A program made the translations under genes and the position numbers. Shown here piece after piece: positions 1 through 11,256 of a DNA stretch of 64,000 nucleotides. Source of the stretch: Azolla caroliniana (Eukaryota > Plantae > Polypodiophyta); contig JBHGNT010000007.1 in assembly GCA_043228905.1 (NCBI GenBank), positions 16,616,001 to 16,680,000 on the forward strand, given 5' to 3'. The notes beneath the pieces are model-generated. The model saw nothing but the letters and a program-made list of their open reading frames with translations. It was not told the DNA's origin and searched no databases. How positions within the stretch are numbered: position 1 is the first letter of the stretch; each line of letters opens with the position of its first letter.

Positions 1-1
1 A

Positions 2-3000
2 GACACGTCCGATATAGTCGGTCTGAGACAAAAGAAGATGTCGTTTATCGCGATGCCGACTAATCTTCATGCCAAGTATGTGTCGTGCCGGACCGAGGTC
101 CTTCATGGCAAACTTCAACCGCAATTGCCGAATGAGATCGGCAAGTTCGCCCGCGTGGCGTCCAGAAATTAGCATGTCGTCCACGTAAATGATGAGGAAG
201 ATGGGTGATCCATCTTGAGCTGTGTTGGTAAAAAGACAATGGTCCTCATCGCTTTTTGAGAAGCCGATCGATTGGATGAAGTCGTCGAACTTCTTGTACC
301 ATTGTCGCGGTGCCTGTTTGAGGCCGTATAGACTCTTCCTGAGTCGGCAGACTAGATGTTCTTGGCCAGTTGCCACGAAGCCTTTTGGCTGCTCCATATA
401 AATTTCCTCTTCAAGATCACCATGGAGGAAGGCTGTTTTGACATCTAGCTGAATCAGCTCCAATTTGTCGGCTGCCACTACGCCGAGTAGAAAACGAAGG
501 GTTGTCATTTTCACCACTGGTGAAAAAATCTCGTCGAAGTCGACGCCATATTCTTGTCGGAAGCCCTTCGCAACTAATCTGGCCTTGTACTTTGGGGTGG
601 TCGAATCAGACGTCTCTTTTAGTCGATAGACCCACTTGCAAGGAAGAGCACGTCGATTCTTAGGTAATTCGACCAGATCCCAAGTCTTGTTTGCCCGAAT
701 GGAGTGCATTTCCGACTCCATCGCCAGATGCCAGGTGGCTGAATCGACAGATGTCGATGCTTCTTCGTAAGACGTCGGTTCGCCGGCGTCGGTGAAGAAA
801 ATTCCAGGAGAATACCTCTCCGGAGGTTGCGACAGTCTTTCGGATCGTCGAGGTATGATTGGACTGGTCGTATCGGGTATCGAGGTCGGATGGTCCGAAA
901 GCGAATTATTCTGCTGTGCCGAGTCAGAGTTGTCCGAGTCGGTAGTGTAAGGTTCAGCTACCCGTGAAGCTGACCGTGTGTTGAGAGCGGGGCTTTCTTG
1001 AAGGGTCGGCACATCGGAAAATGTTACCCTTCGGACTTCGATCGGTGTTTCGACTGATGGATTCATAGCCGACTCGTTGAACACAACGTCCGAACTTCGA
1101 ACGATTTGTCTGCGTTCGGGGTCCCAGAGTCGGTATCCCATTTCGCCGTCTGATCCATATCCAAGGAAAATGCATTTCCTGGACCGAGGTGCAAGTTTTC
1201 GGCGATCATCTTTCGGAATAAGGGCGTACGCCTCGCATCCGAAGATCCTCAGCTTGTCGTAATTCAGCTTACTGCCGATCCATAGTTCCTGAGGAATTTG
1301 AAGTCCTAGAGGTCTGCTTGGCGACATATTGATTATGTGTACTGCCGTGAGTAGAGCCTCTGCCCAGAAGCCATCCGACAGTCTGGAGTGTTGGAGCATG
1401 GAAACTATCCGTTCTTGGATTGTCCGATTCATGCGTTCTGCAATCCCGTTTTGCTCCGGACTGTGTGGTGCCGTAAATTCACGTCGGATGCCGCGTTGTC
1501 GGCAGAATTTGACGAATTCTTCTGATTTGAACTCTCCCCCATTGTCGGTCCGAAAGCATTTCAGTTTTCGGTCAGTTTGATTTTCTACCATAGTGAGCCA
1601 ATCGGAGAAGATCGAGAAGACACGATCTTTGGTGCGAATTGGATAAGCCCACACCTTTCGAGTCGAATCGTCAATAAAACTGACGAAGTAAGAGGCACCA
1701 CCGAGAGACTGATGCGGCATTGGGCCACAGACGTCCGAGTGGACTAAATCGAGAGGTCTCGTTTCTCTTGGTGCTGATGTCGGGTGTGATGCGGCTGCTT
1801 GTTTGCCATACTGGCAATGTTCGCAGAATTGATGGTCCGAGAAGGAGAGTTTAGGGATGTATCCGGCTCTAGATAGGTGCGTAATGCCGGCCTTGCTGAG
1901 GTGTCCTAATCTTCTGTGCCATAGTGATGACACAGGAATATCCACCAAAAACAGGTTACCCTCTCTGAGCGTAACATGTAACGGATACAGTGAGTGTATC
2001 TTGGGTCCTCTAGCAAGCAGGAGGTTCCCCCTGTGGAGTGTCCACCCTCCCGAAGAAAAACCGGCACGAATGCCGTCTTCATCTAGTTGTCCGACTGAGA
2101 TCAATGGCCTTGAGAGCTCGGGTACATGTCGGACATTGTGAAGTACAAGTGTAGAGCCACCTACAAGGTTGAGCTCTACTGTGCCGATTCCAATGATGTC
2201 ACAGTGTTGCGAGTTGCCGACTCGAACCGAGTCGGAGTGACGGATCGTATATTGCCAAAATTGGGATCGATGAGGAGTCACGTGAAATGACGCGCCCGAA
2301 TCTAAGAGCCGTGTGCTCGATTCTTCAGTCGTGAGCAGAACTTCTGATCCGACTGGATTTTCGATTGATAGTATATTCGGGTCGTTTGGTAGCACATCAG
2401 CTGAGAAGCTGACGTAATTGATCTCCTCATGCCGGCCACTCTTCTTGTCTGATTTCTGAGACTTGTCGTTCTTGTTCTTGAGTGCGCGGCAGTCGGCTTT
2501 GATGTGTCCGGGTTTCTTGCAATAGTTGCAGATTCGATTATCCCGTGACTGGCTCCGTCTTCGCTGATTGTTTGGCTGCCGTGAGGAATCTCTTCCTCGT
2601 ATGTTCGATCGGTCTGTCGAACCTTGTACTACATAAGCGTCGTCTGTTGAGTCTTTGGCGAAAGACTTTCTCCGAGCTGCTTCGGTCAGAATTGCGCTCG
2701 TGACTTCGGAGTATTTAACAACCGTGGTTGACGCGTTGCACACGGTTGTGACGAAAGTTTCCCATGATGAGGGAAGGCTGCTCATGAGTATCATTGCTCT
2801 GAGTTCATCCTCGATTGCCGTCCCCTGAGATGAGATTTGGGAGCTTATGCTTTCGTACTCATTGAGATGTGCTTGAACCGAATCTGATTCTTTCATCCTC
2901 AAGTTGTAGAGGCGCCGGATCAGGAACATCTTCGTTGCAGTGACCTTCTTTTCGTAGGTGTCCGACAGTGTTTTCCACAGTTCGAATGTTGTCGTACACG

Positions 3001-3235
3001 ATTGCACCGTAAAGTATACCGATTCCGATAGGTGCATCCGAATCGTGGCGCGGACGATTCTGTCCAGCTTCTGCCACTCAATTGGTTTGTATTCTTCTGG
3101 AGGTGCTTCACTTTCGATGGGATCGATTTGCCCCTTGACTATGAGATAGTCCTGCATTTGCTCCTTCCAGAAGTTGAAGTTCGATCCATCGAACTTTCGT
3201 AGACTCATTTCTGACGAGCCGGATGTTGATGTCAT
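2..3235 (-). CDS. Copia gag-pol polyprotein (partial, runs off window edge)
   Basis: ATG at 3235 is in frame with the RT residues DYIGRV at the window edge. The ORF track lists no closed ORF in this frame, implying no stop. Motifs: CNYCKKPGHIKADC, LDSGAS, GAG-pre-integrase/rve, YVDD. Confidence 0.85.
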   Translation of the reverse strand, partial: MTSTSGSSEMSLRKFDGSNFNFWKEQMQDYLIVKGQIDPIESEAPPEEYKPIEWQKLDRIVRATIRMHLSESVYFTVQSCTTTFELWKTLSDTYEKKVTATKMFLIRRLYNLRMKESDSVQAHLNEYESISSQISSQGTAIEDELRAMILMSSLPSSWETFVTTVCNASTTVVKYSEVTSAILTEAARRKSFAKDSTDDAYVVQGSTDRSNIRGRDSSRQPNNQRRRSQSRDNRICNYCKKPGHIKADCRALKNKNDKSQKSDKKSGRHEEINYVSFSADVLPNDPNILSIENPVGSEVLLTTEESSTRLLDSGASFHVTPHRSQFWQYTIRHSDSVRVGNSQHCDIIGIGTVELNLVGGSTLVLHNVRHVPELSRPLISVGQLDEDGIRAGFSSGGWTLHRGNLLLARGPKIHSLYPLHVTLREGNLFLVDIPVSSLWHRRLGHLSKAGITHLSRAGYIPKLSFSDHQFCEHCQYGKQAAASHPTSAPRETRPLDLVHSDVCGPMPHQSLGGASYFVSFIDDSTRKVWAYPIRTKDRVFSIFSDWLTMVENQTDRKLKCFRTDNGGEFKSEEFVKFCRQRGIRREFTAPHSPEQNGIAERMNRTIQERIVSMLQHSRLSDGFWAEALLTAVHIINMSPSRPLGLQIPQELWIGSKLNYDKLRIFGCEAYALIPKDDRRKLAPRSRKCIFLGYGSDGEMGYRLWDPERRQIVRSSDVVFNESAMNPSVETPIEVRRVTFSDVPTLQESPALNTRSASRVAEPYTTDSDNSDSAQQNNSLSDHPTSIPDTTSPIIPRRSERLSQPPERYSPGIFFTDAGEPTSYEEASTSVDSATWHLAMESEMHSIRANKTWDLVELPKNRRALPCKWVYRLKETSDSTTPKYKARLVAKGFRQEYGVDFDEIFSPVVKMTTLRFLLGVVAADKLELIQLDVKTAFLHGDLEEEIYMEQPKGFVATGQEHLVCRLRKSLYGLKQAPRQWYKKFDDFIQSIGFSKSDEDHCLFTNTAQDGSPIFLIIYVDDMLISGRHAGELADLIRQLRLKFAMKDLGPARHILGMKISRHRDKRHLLLSQTDYIGRV

Positions 3236-3762
3236 GACTCTGCCCTAAGTCGGCTACGAACTTTGGTGAAGTGCAGCGGTTTGGCCCACTCAGTGTCGTT
3301 CTAGCCGAAGTTGGACACAAGTGATGTTGATTACGGAGAATCGGGGATTTGGTTCGGATTGACTACCGACAACTGTCTTAGTCGAGTTGAACCTAGATTT
3401 AGCGATCCGACAGTACTTCAAGCCGATTCGGTTTCGGTTGACTGCAACGGTGAGAGCAATGGAACCGACTGGTCCTTCCGATTAATGTCCAATCGAATGA
3501 AACGCGAACTGGGGTTGTCCTTGAAGTCGTCGTTGTGCAGGAAGCCCACCTCAAGCAGTTACGATCAAGGAAGTAGAGTACAGCCGACTGGCTTACTCCT
3601 AGTGATGATCTAACGCAGCGAGATTCAAGCTTGCGTTTGCCTACTTTCTTCTCTGTTTCTTCGAATGACGCGAGAAACCGAATGCTTTGCAGACTAGGAT
3701 GAAGCGAAAGACCGAATACTGTGCAGGCTGTGATGACGGCCGACAGCGGGTTGAGGGACCAG

Positions 3763-3774
3763 GCTCTGATACCA
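3763..3774 (-). promoter_or_regulatory. Primer-binding site, tRNA-iMet (TGGTATCAGAGC)
   Basis: gctctgatacca on +, 2 nt from the LTR end. Confidence 0.9.
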
Positions 3775-3776
3775 AA

Positions 3777-4081
3777 TGTTGAAGACAAGGCCGTCAATGC
3801 GGAAGATCAAGTAGCATTCGATTGGGGTTGAGTACCTGCGTATGACAAATTTTCAAGATCGTGCATAGAGATAGAGAGAGAGAGAGAGAGAGGAGGCACA
3901 CAAGAATCTTTCTATTCAATAGAAACAATAATACAACCAACCTTACAAAAAGGTTATTAGGTCACTTTATATAGTGACCGACTTAGGGCAACTACCATTT
4001 ATGCTAATTACACAAATGGCCCAAACTTGAGCTATACAAAGGGATAGTGTGAATACGTCCATTATACACTTGTATTCGACA
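3777..4081 (-). repeat. 5' LTR of Copia-A (305 bp)
   Basis: TG...CA termini; similar to the LTRs at 19352 and 24511; contains a GA microsatellite and a TATA box. Confidence 0.9.
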
Positions 4082-7000
4082 CGCTCCGCTTTTCGAAGAA
4101 GGAACTGATGGAGTGGTCGAGAATCTTGGGAAGGGGAGGAACACATTGGTGCTCTTCTAGGAGTTCGAAAGACAATTCACGCGGTTCTCGACATTGGGCC
4201 GGACCGTGCTCGACACGAGCAAGGTCCTATTGTTTATCAAGTTGGTTGATCCACTTGACAAAGAAAAGGTGGGTTTCCTATTGGAGACAGATGAAGGGCT
4301 CATGACTAATTGGGCCGCGGTAAAGAGAGTATATAGCCGTTTCGACAAACGGCGAGAATGGAACGATGCGGGGTCATCGATGACCGGCTCGAGTGCCGAG
4401 AAGAAGTCGGAGGGATTGATTCTGGTGCGGACAAAAGAGACATGAAGATGGCTCGAGTTAGGCACGGTTCCAACTAACGTGGTCAAGGGCCCATCTGGGG
4501 TGCAGCTTTGAAGCAGCTGATGAAGATGGTGTGCGATCTCCAGATCGCACAAGCTCGAAGAGATGGCGGGGGACAATCGCGTGAGTAGAGGCCTCCGGTG
4601 GACCAATGATGCATGTGGTGCAATGCCGTCGGCCACATTCGAAGAGAGTGCGCCGATTTCGCCGAAGCACTTAAGAACAATGTTTTGTACCTTTGGAACG
4701 GGCGGCTACATGCGTGCGATACGTAAAGGCCCCTCGAAGTGAACACTGGACGAGGCGGCATGAAGAGGATAATGGAGGAAGCTGTGGCTTGGAATGCCGA
4801 AGCCATCCACTATTCGGTGTCGGCAAGGATCCAGGTAGGCGGAGAGAAGGGTGCTGCATCCGAAAGCAGTACGGGATTTTGGTCGCTTGTACTAGAAGGC
4901 CTCTCGGAAGTAAGACTGAGATAGGAAGAGGCGGACCTCGAGGAGAAGCGGGTCCAAGAAAGTTACCGAGTGGAGTGACCCGGTCGAAGAAAAAAATGGC
5001 TTTGTGGAGGCCGTGTGCCAGAATTACGAAGTTCTGGTAGAAGACAAACGAGCTGTGAAGAGCGGAGGAGTCGGACCGTCGAACCGTCGAACCGGTATGA
5101 TACCTGAAGTGTGCAGAAGAAGAATGATGGAGGTCCGACAAGCCCACGGGACGGGACCAAGCTGACGAGCTTCCGGTTGAGCTCGGAGATAAAGAGGGTG
5201 ACGGACCTACGAAAGGTCTTGGAGGAGCGGATCCTCAATAGCATAGTAGAGCTGTCATTGAGGGAAGTGCTAGGGATCTCAAAGAAGGAGTTCCACGACC
5301 CCATCATGGATTTGGTAAAATGAAAGTAGCACTAAACAAAGCCTAAGCTAGAGGAGCCCGTAGAGGTGAGAGCAGTACACATCGATGAGGCGACCGCGAC
5401 AAACGAGTTCTCGGCCAGCCACTATATGAAGCCGCACTAGGCGAGAGCGACAACTGAGACACCAATGGTGGCATTGATCGACCATGGGTCTGAAATAAAC
5501 CTAATGTCCATGGACTTCTACAAGAGGGGTAAATGGCCGATCAATACGAAGCACGGGTGGAAGATACGAGCGGCGACCCGCGCTACGGAGAAGCTTCACG
5601 GAGCGTGCCCAAACATCCGAATGAAGGTCAGGGATGTCGAGATTGATCAACACTTCTTTGTACATGAGACATCCTCCCATCCAGTGATTCTCGGCGAACC
5701 CTACATTACGGCATCTCGAATGGAAACAACGGTATTGGACAATGGCTTAGCCTACGCTAGGGTGAAGAGTCAGGACGACCGGCACTCGGTCCAATTCTTA
5801 ACGGTTCGATCGAACCATGAGGGGAATCGGGACTCTCTCTGCGGCGAAGGCTGAGAGGATTTGTAGAAAGCGCTATCAAGGCATGGGGCTACGGTAGTCT
5901 AGATGACCAGAGGAAACCCCACACCTGTACCATAGGTAGGAAATTTTGGCCCTCTGATTATGGGGGTTGTATCATAACAGACATCAGTGGCTGGGAGAAG
6001 AAGAGGGTTGAAAGATGTTTGAAGGCATGTGACTCCTTGGACTTTGAAGATGAGGTCAGCAACGCCGTGGAGGCGGTCTCATTCGATGACACTCTCGGGG
6101 AGATCAAGAGTATGGCCGAAGAGGACCTGTGTGAAGACGGATTATTCCGGTCGGTTCGGTCAAAATGTACAAAGTCATCGCGGACTTCGGAAGGATGGTC
6201 GGGTCGGATCGAATGGCCCTTATGAGCATGAAATACAAGACTGTGGACCGGAAGGTGAGGCCAGTCACAACTCCCTTGCTGGAGGACAGCTGGGAGCGGA
6301 TGAAAGGGGTCGCAACCGACCCAAGTTTACGAGATCCGGTCGACATAGGACAACGGTTCACCAACAAGACGCTATGGGAGCTGAAGATTGGTGGGGGGGC
6401 TTCCCACTACTCGCAGAGGAAGACCGATTTTGAAGAATGCTCAGAAGGCACGAGAAAGCGTTTGCTCTCTCGCCGGGTGAGATCGGGTGCATCGACCCGA
6501 CGATAGTGGAGCTAATGGTGATATTCTTGGTATCGCACGTATCGTGAAGTCTCAAGCCGGTTCTGGAGCCAAGAGCTCACATACCAAAGTTCATGGAGCT
6601 GCTCAAACAGAAGATCGAGATGGGGATCCTTGAGCCATCGAGCGTCCCATACTCGAATCGGTGTTTTACGGTGCCAAAGAAGAACGGTACATTGCGCTTC
6701 ATTCAGGACTTGCAGCCGGTCAACAAGGTGACCATTCAGAATGTAGGGGTCGGGCCGACAATTGACGAGTTTGTGGAGGCCTTCGCAAGAAGGTCGATCT
6801 ACTCAGTCGGTGACTTTTACTCCGGATATGACCAATTCCAACTAGCCGTAGAGAGTAGGGATATCACGACGACGCGAACCCCTCTCGGCTTGGTTTGCAT
6901 GTGTAGCCTCCCGTAAGAAGGGACCAACTCGGTGGCACACATGGTGAATGCAATGAACAAGTTCTTGCAGGACTACATCCCGGACATCACCATGCCTTTC

Positions 7001-9617
7001 TTGGATGACATCTCGACCAAGGGATGTCCGGAGGAAGCGAAGGACGAATCGGTCGGGCTAGATGGATGCCAAAGGTTTGTCGCAGACCACATCTTTGACT
7101 GCGAGAAGATACTGTAGAGGCTTGAGGGCGCTCGGCTTACCTTCTCCGAGGAGAAGTCGGCTTTCGGACAATCCGAGATCCTAGTAGTGGGGCACCTGTG
7201 TGGGCCATACAACCGAAAACCGTCTCAAGCAAAGGTAGAGGCCATCTCCGTGATGAAGGAGGAATGCAAGCCAGTCATGGAAGTTCGGCGATTCCTGGGA
7301 GTGTGTGGCTTCTACAACATTTGAATCCTATACTATGCGCACCTTGCCGAGCTGCTCTACGGGTTGCTGAAGAAGGGTCGGAAGTTCAAATGGGGCACAG
7401 AGCACACGAAGGCATTTCGAAAACTGAAGGAGAGGTTGACGGCAACACCGACTCTCCGAAAAGCGGTATACAAGGCGAAAACTCTGGTTTACGTAATGGT
7501 GGATACGAGTCAGACTAGAATCGGGTGGGTGGTTAATTAGGAAGACGAGGACGGCACATGGTTCACCATCCAGTTCGGTGCGAAGTTGATGAGCGAGCGG
7601 CAACGAGGATATGCCCAGGTTAAACGGGAACTCTGGGGTATCGTTTCGGTGGTCAAGGCCGATAAAGACTACCTGATTGGGACAGAAGTAATAATCGAGA
7701 CAGATTGCCTACCAATCCTCGGTATGGTTTGGACTTGGCAATGCTTAGGTGGATCACGTACATCAAGTCCCTGAATCCGGAGATACGACACATCTCTGGA
7801 AAGGACAACACTATGGCTGATATGCTCTTAAGAGCATGGTTCAAGAGCGAGGATGACATGGTGGAAGAAGACGAAGAGGTTGGCATGGACTTCTTCGATT
7901 TGGCTCGAATGTCAGCGAACAAGCGGAGCACTCCGGCCCTAATCACAACGAGGACTATGATGGGGAATGGCTTCTGATCGAAAGATTCGTGAGCACGATG
8001 ACGACGGATGCATCGTGGACGAAAGAAGAAGCGAGTCGACTCCGGAAGAAAGCTTACAAATTCTTCGTACGAGATTGGAAAATCTGGCGGCATCCGAAGA
8101 AGCGAAACGACGCAACACTCCGGGTGGTGACACGGGAAGAAGAGCAATCAGTGTTGATGACGGAGTTCCATGAGAGTCCTTGGTTCGGACATTGAGGGAC
8201 ATGGGCCACGTTCAAGAAACTAAAGGAGAAGTATTGGTGGTTGGGGATGGACCGGGGCGTGCACGATTTTGTAACGATATGAGAGAGTTGCCAAGTACAT
8301 TCCGGAGCCCGGCATCGAGACGAGTGACACCTGACCTACCCACCAGCCATACTTCAAGTGGATGGTCTACTTGGTGATGATGCCGATGGGGGTAGGACAG
8401 GTGCGATACCTAGTGCTCGTGAGAGAAGACCTGACGAATCAGGTGGAGGGCCAAGCATTGACTAACAAGACAATCGCGGCCGTGTGCTGATTTCTGATCG
8501 AGGATGTAATTTGCTAGTATGGATGTGTCTGTAAGATCGTGGCCGATCGAGGGGAGTTGGATGCGCAGGAAACCTAGGAGTTGTTCTCTGATTAGGGGTC
8601 AAGCTTTCCCTCACAACGACGTACAATCTGGAAGCCAATGGGAAAGTCGAGCACGAACATGGGCCGATCGTAAAAGCCTTGGTGTGAGCATGTGACAGAC
8701 GAGTCAGGAACTAACCAAGACTACTTTCTGATGTGCTTTGGGCCGACTGAACTACGCACAGTTTGGTGACCGGATACATGCCATCCGAACTTATGTTCGG
8801 ACAGAAACCGATCATGCCAATGGAAAGGATGATCTCTTCATGGTTGGCAGCTGATTGATCGGGGAAAATGAGCCAGGAAGAGCTATTGGCGGCGTGGATT
8901 TGACAACTTGAATGAAGACCGGAGGACGTCGAGCGAGCGACGGCAAGGATAAAAGAAGCATGGAAGAAGAACAAGGGTCGGTTTGACCGGACTCACCGAC
9001 TCTGGTCGAAGAAGATTGAGGAGGGCGATTGGGTGCTTGTCTACGACAAGAGCCTAGACAACTAGCACAGGTCGACCCAGAAGTTTGCGAAGAGGTGGTT
9101 CGGTTCGTACCTGGCGACGAGCACCAATGACAACGCGACATACCATCTTGCCGAGCTTAACGGGATGAGGGTTGTGGTGCCGATTGCAGGGAAGTGGATA
9201 AAGGCCTTCAAGAAATGGCACGAAGCAGAACCAGACCCGGAGACCGAAGACGGAGAGACCGGTGAAAGCGAGGAGCTGGATGAAGACTGGACTGTCAACA
9301 AATCGGAGGAGTAAGGACAGGGCCGGAATCCACCGCTACATTACTTGGCACATGCCGGAGGATGTGCGGTTTGGTGGGGGTGATGTCATGAAGGATTCCG
9401 GCCATAAAGAGAAACGGGGCTAAGCGCACGTTAACGGGTGTGTGCACCGATACACACGAACCAAGAAACATGTACAAACATAATGTAAATAGCATAGGAC
9501 TAGTAAGTACTAGGTAGTAGGAATTAAAGGGTACTATAAAGTCCCACACACATAGAGAGGATGCGGGGAATTTGATGTGAAGAAATCGAAAGAGAGAATC
9601 TCTGACACCGATCACGA
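4082..9617 (+). mobile_element. Degenerate Ty3/gypsy element G1 (same family as G2/G3)
   Basis: Fragmented gag with CMWC..GH...C knuckle, protease DHGSEIN, RT PFLDD, RNase H and integrase. PPT ggtgggggtga precedes a truncated 3' LTR starting TGTCATGAAG at 9384. Many CGA>TGA and CAG>TAG stops. Confidence 0.9.
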
Positions 9618-10441
9618 TGTAACTCTTTTAATGACTGGATCACCAGGACGAGGAGCTGGATACGAGCGTCATGATAATGCATCTGCTTTCCCCTGTTCCT
9701 TACCTGGACAATATGTAATCTTGAAGTTGAAACGAGTGAGGAACTGAGCCCACCGAGCTTGTTGTCTATTTAACATGTGAGCATTCTGGAAGTAGGCAAG
9801 ATTCTTGTGATCACTCAATACAGTGACTTGATGAGGAGATCCTTCTAAAAAATGCCTCCTTTCTGCAAAAGAGTCCACTATTGCTTATAACTCCTTGTCA
9901 TGTATCTCGTAGTTGATTTCAACAGTGTCAAATTTGCGCAAGTGGAAAGCCACGACATGTAGCTTCTCATCGTCGCCTTGCTATGAGAAAATACTACCGA
10001 GGGCGAAATCTGATGCGTCTGCCTCAATGATAAATGCTTTTTGCGGATCAACATGAGGCGATGTAAATGCTTTCTTGAGACCTTCAAAAGCCGTGTCTGC
10101 TTCCTTAGACCAAACAAACGTTTATCCCTTCTTTGTAAGTTGTGTGAGAAGTAAAATAAACTTTGAGTAGTCCTGTATAAACTTGTGATAGACATTTGCA
10201 AATCCATCTTGCAATGAACGTGGAGTTTGCCATTCTAACACAATTTCGACTTTAGCTAGATCCATAGACATGCCTTCCGAGGAGATGACATAGCCTAGAA
10301 ATTCCACCTGGTTACAGTCAAAACTACACTTTTCCAACTTTGCATAAAGACCATGTTCTCATAGTCATCTTAGTACTAATAATACATGAGAATTATGCTC
10401 CTCATATGTCTTTGAATAAACTTGCAGATCATCCAAGTAGA
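9618..10441 (-). pseudogene. RT-RNase H fragment of Tcn1-like chromovirus H1 (left part)
   Basis: YLDD, EKCSF, DASDFALG, SDHKNLAYF, QARWAQFL and ADALS motifs, broken by frameshifts; similar to ORF 61760-63982. Confidence 0.85.
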
Positions 10442-11256
10442 TGTAACATATGTTCGTGAACGTAATATGTAATTGAGGTATTAACCTCGTACGCATACGA
10501 CACTCATCACATATTATTAATATGTCAAACGAGGTATTGAGCTCGTGCACATATGTAAATGTTTTAGATAATCAATTAAAGACCACTACAACATCATTGA
10601 ATTAATGAAAAAAATTGACATATAAACTAAACACATGATTAGATGGGAGAAGAGAGAATAGAAAAAACATTCTGGAAAGAGTTACCGAAGTTCTTTGTTG
10701 ATCGTTGTCTGGATCAAGGCCGACCGCACATCAATCGATCAACATCAATCAAAAGACAAATGAAAAACAAAGGAACATTAGTACGTAAATCTGATACCAA
10801 ATATTATAGATCTTACTACTAAAGTAAGCTTAAGATAAGGATAAAGTAATGATAGATAGAAAGGAGAAAGAGAAAGAAGGGTGCCAATCCACCCGACCAC
10901 CCCCGAGCGAAGGGATCGAGATGGACTCGAGCCTCGATCGGCGTCCCATACCACCACCGTGGCGTCGAGTCGTACCTGGTGCTGGCGCGCTCGCTACAAG
11001 AGTTGACCCACCACACGAGCAAAGTCTCGATGTAGTCAAAAGATGATCAAATGAGGGTAGCTAGGCCTCTTATTTATAGCGATACCCAAGGCCCCCAGGC
11101 AAGTTCACACTTGACCTAATGGGTTGTCTCAATCCCGAGGATTAAAAGTAATCCTCCCCTTCTTTACACTCTCATTTAACCCTTACACTTATCCACGTGT
11201 ATAGAATAGTACGGTAAATTCTCACCACGGGATATTATATGGTCATGCCCGTAACA
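10441..11256 (-). repeat. 816-bp direct repeat of 29811-30626: T1 3' LTR (10802-11256) plus a second PBS and 360 bp of leader
   Basis: Ungapped match at offset 19370 with about 16 substitutions; tctgatacca at 10790-10799; PPT ctccccctc at 11259-11267. Confidence 0.9.

Larger units (their letters stand above)
1..4081 (-). mobile_element. Ty1/copia LTR retrotransposon, Tnt1-like (Copia-A), 5' part; inserted into the gag of gypsy G1
   Basis: 5' LTR 3777-4081 (TG...CA), iMet PBS, then gag-PR-INT-RT order. Coding region near-identical to 20608-23820. The right flank resumes in G1 gag. Confidence 0.95.
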
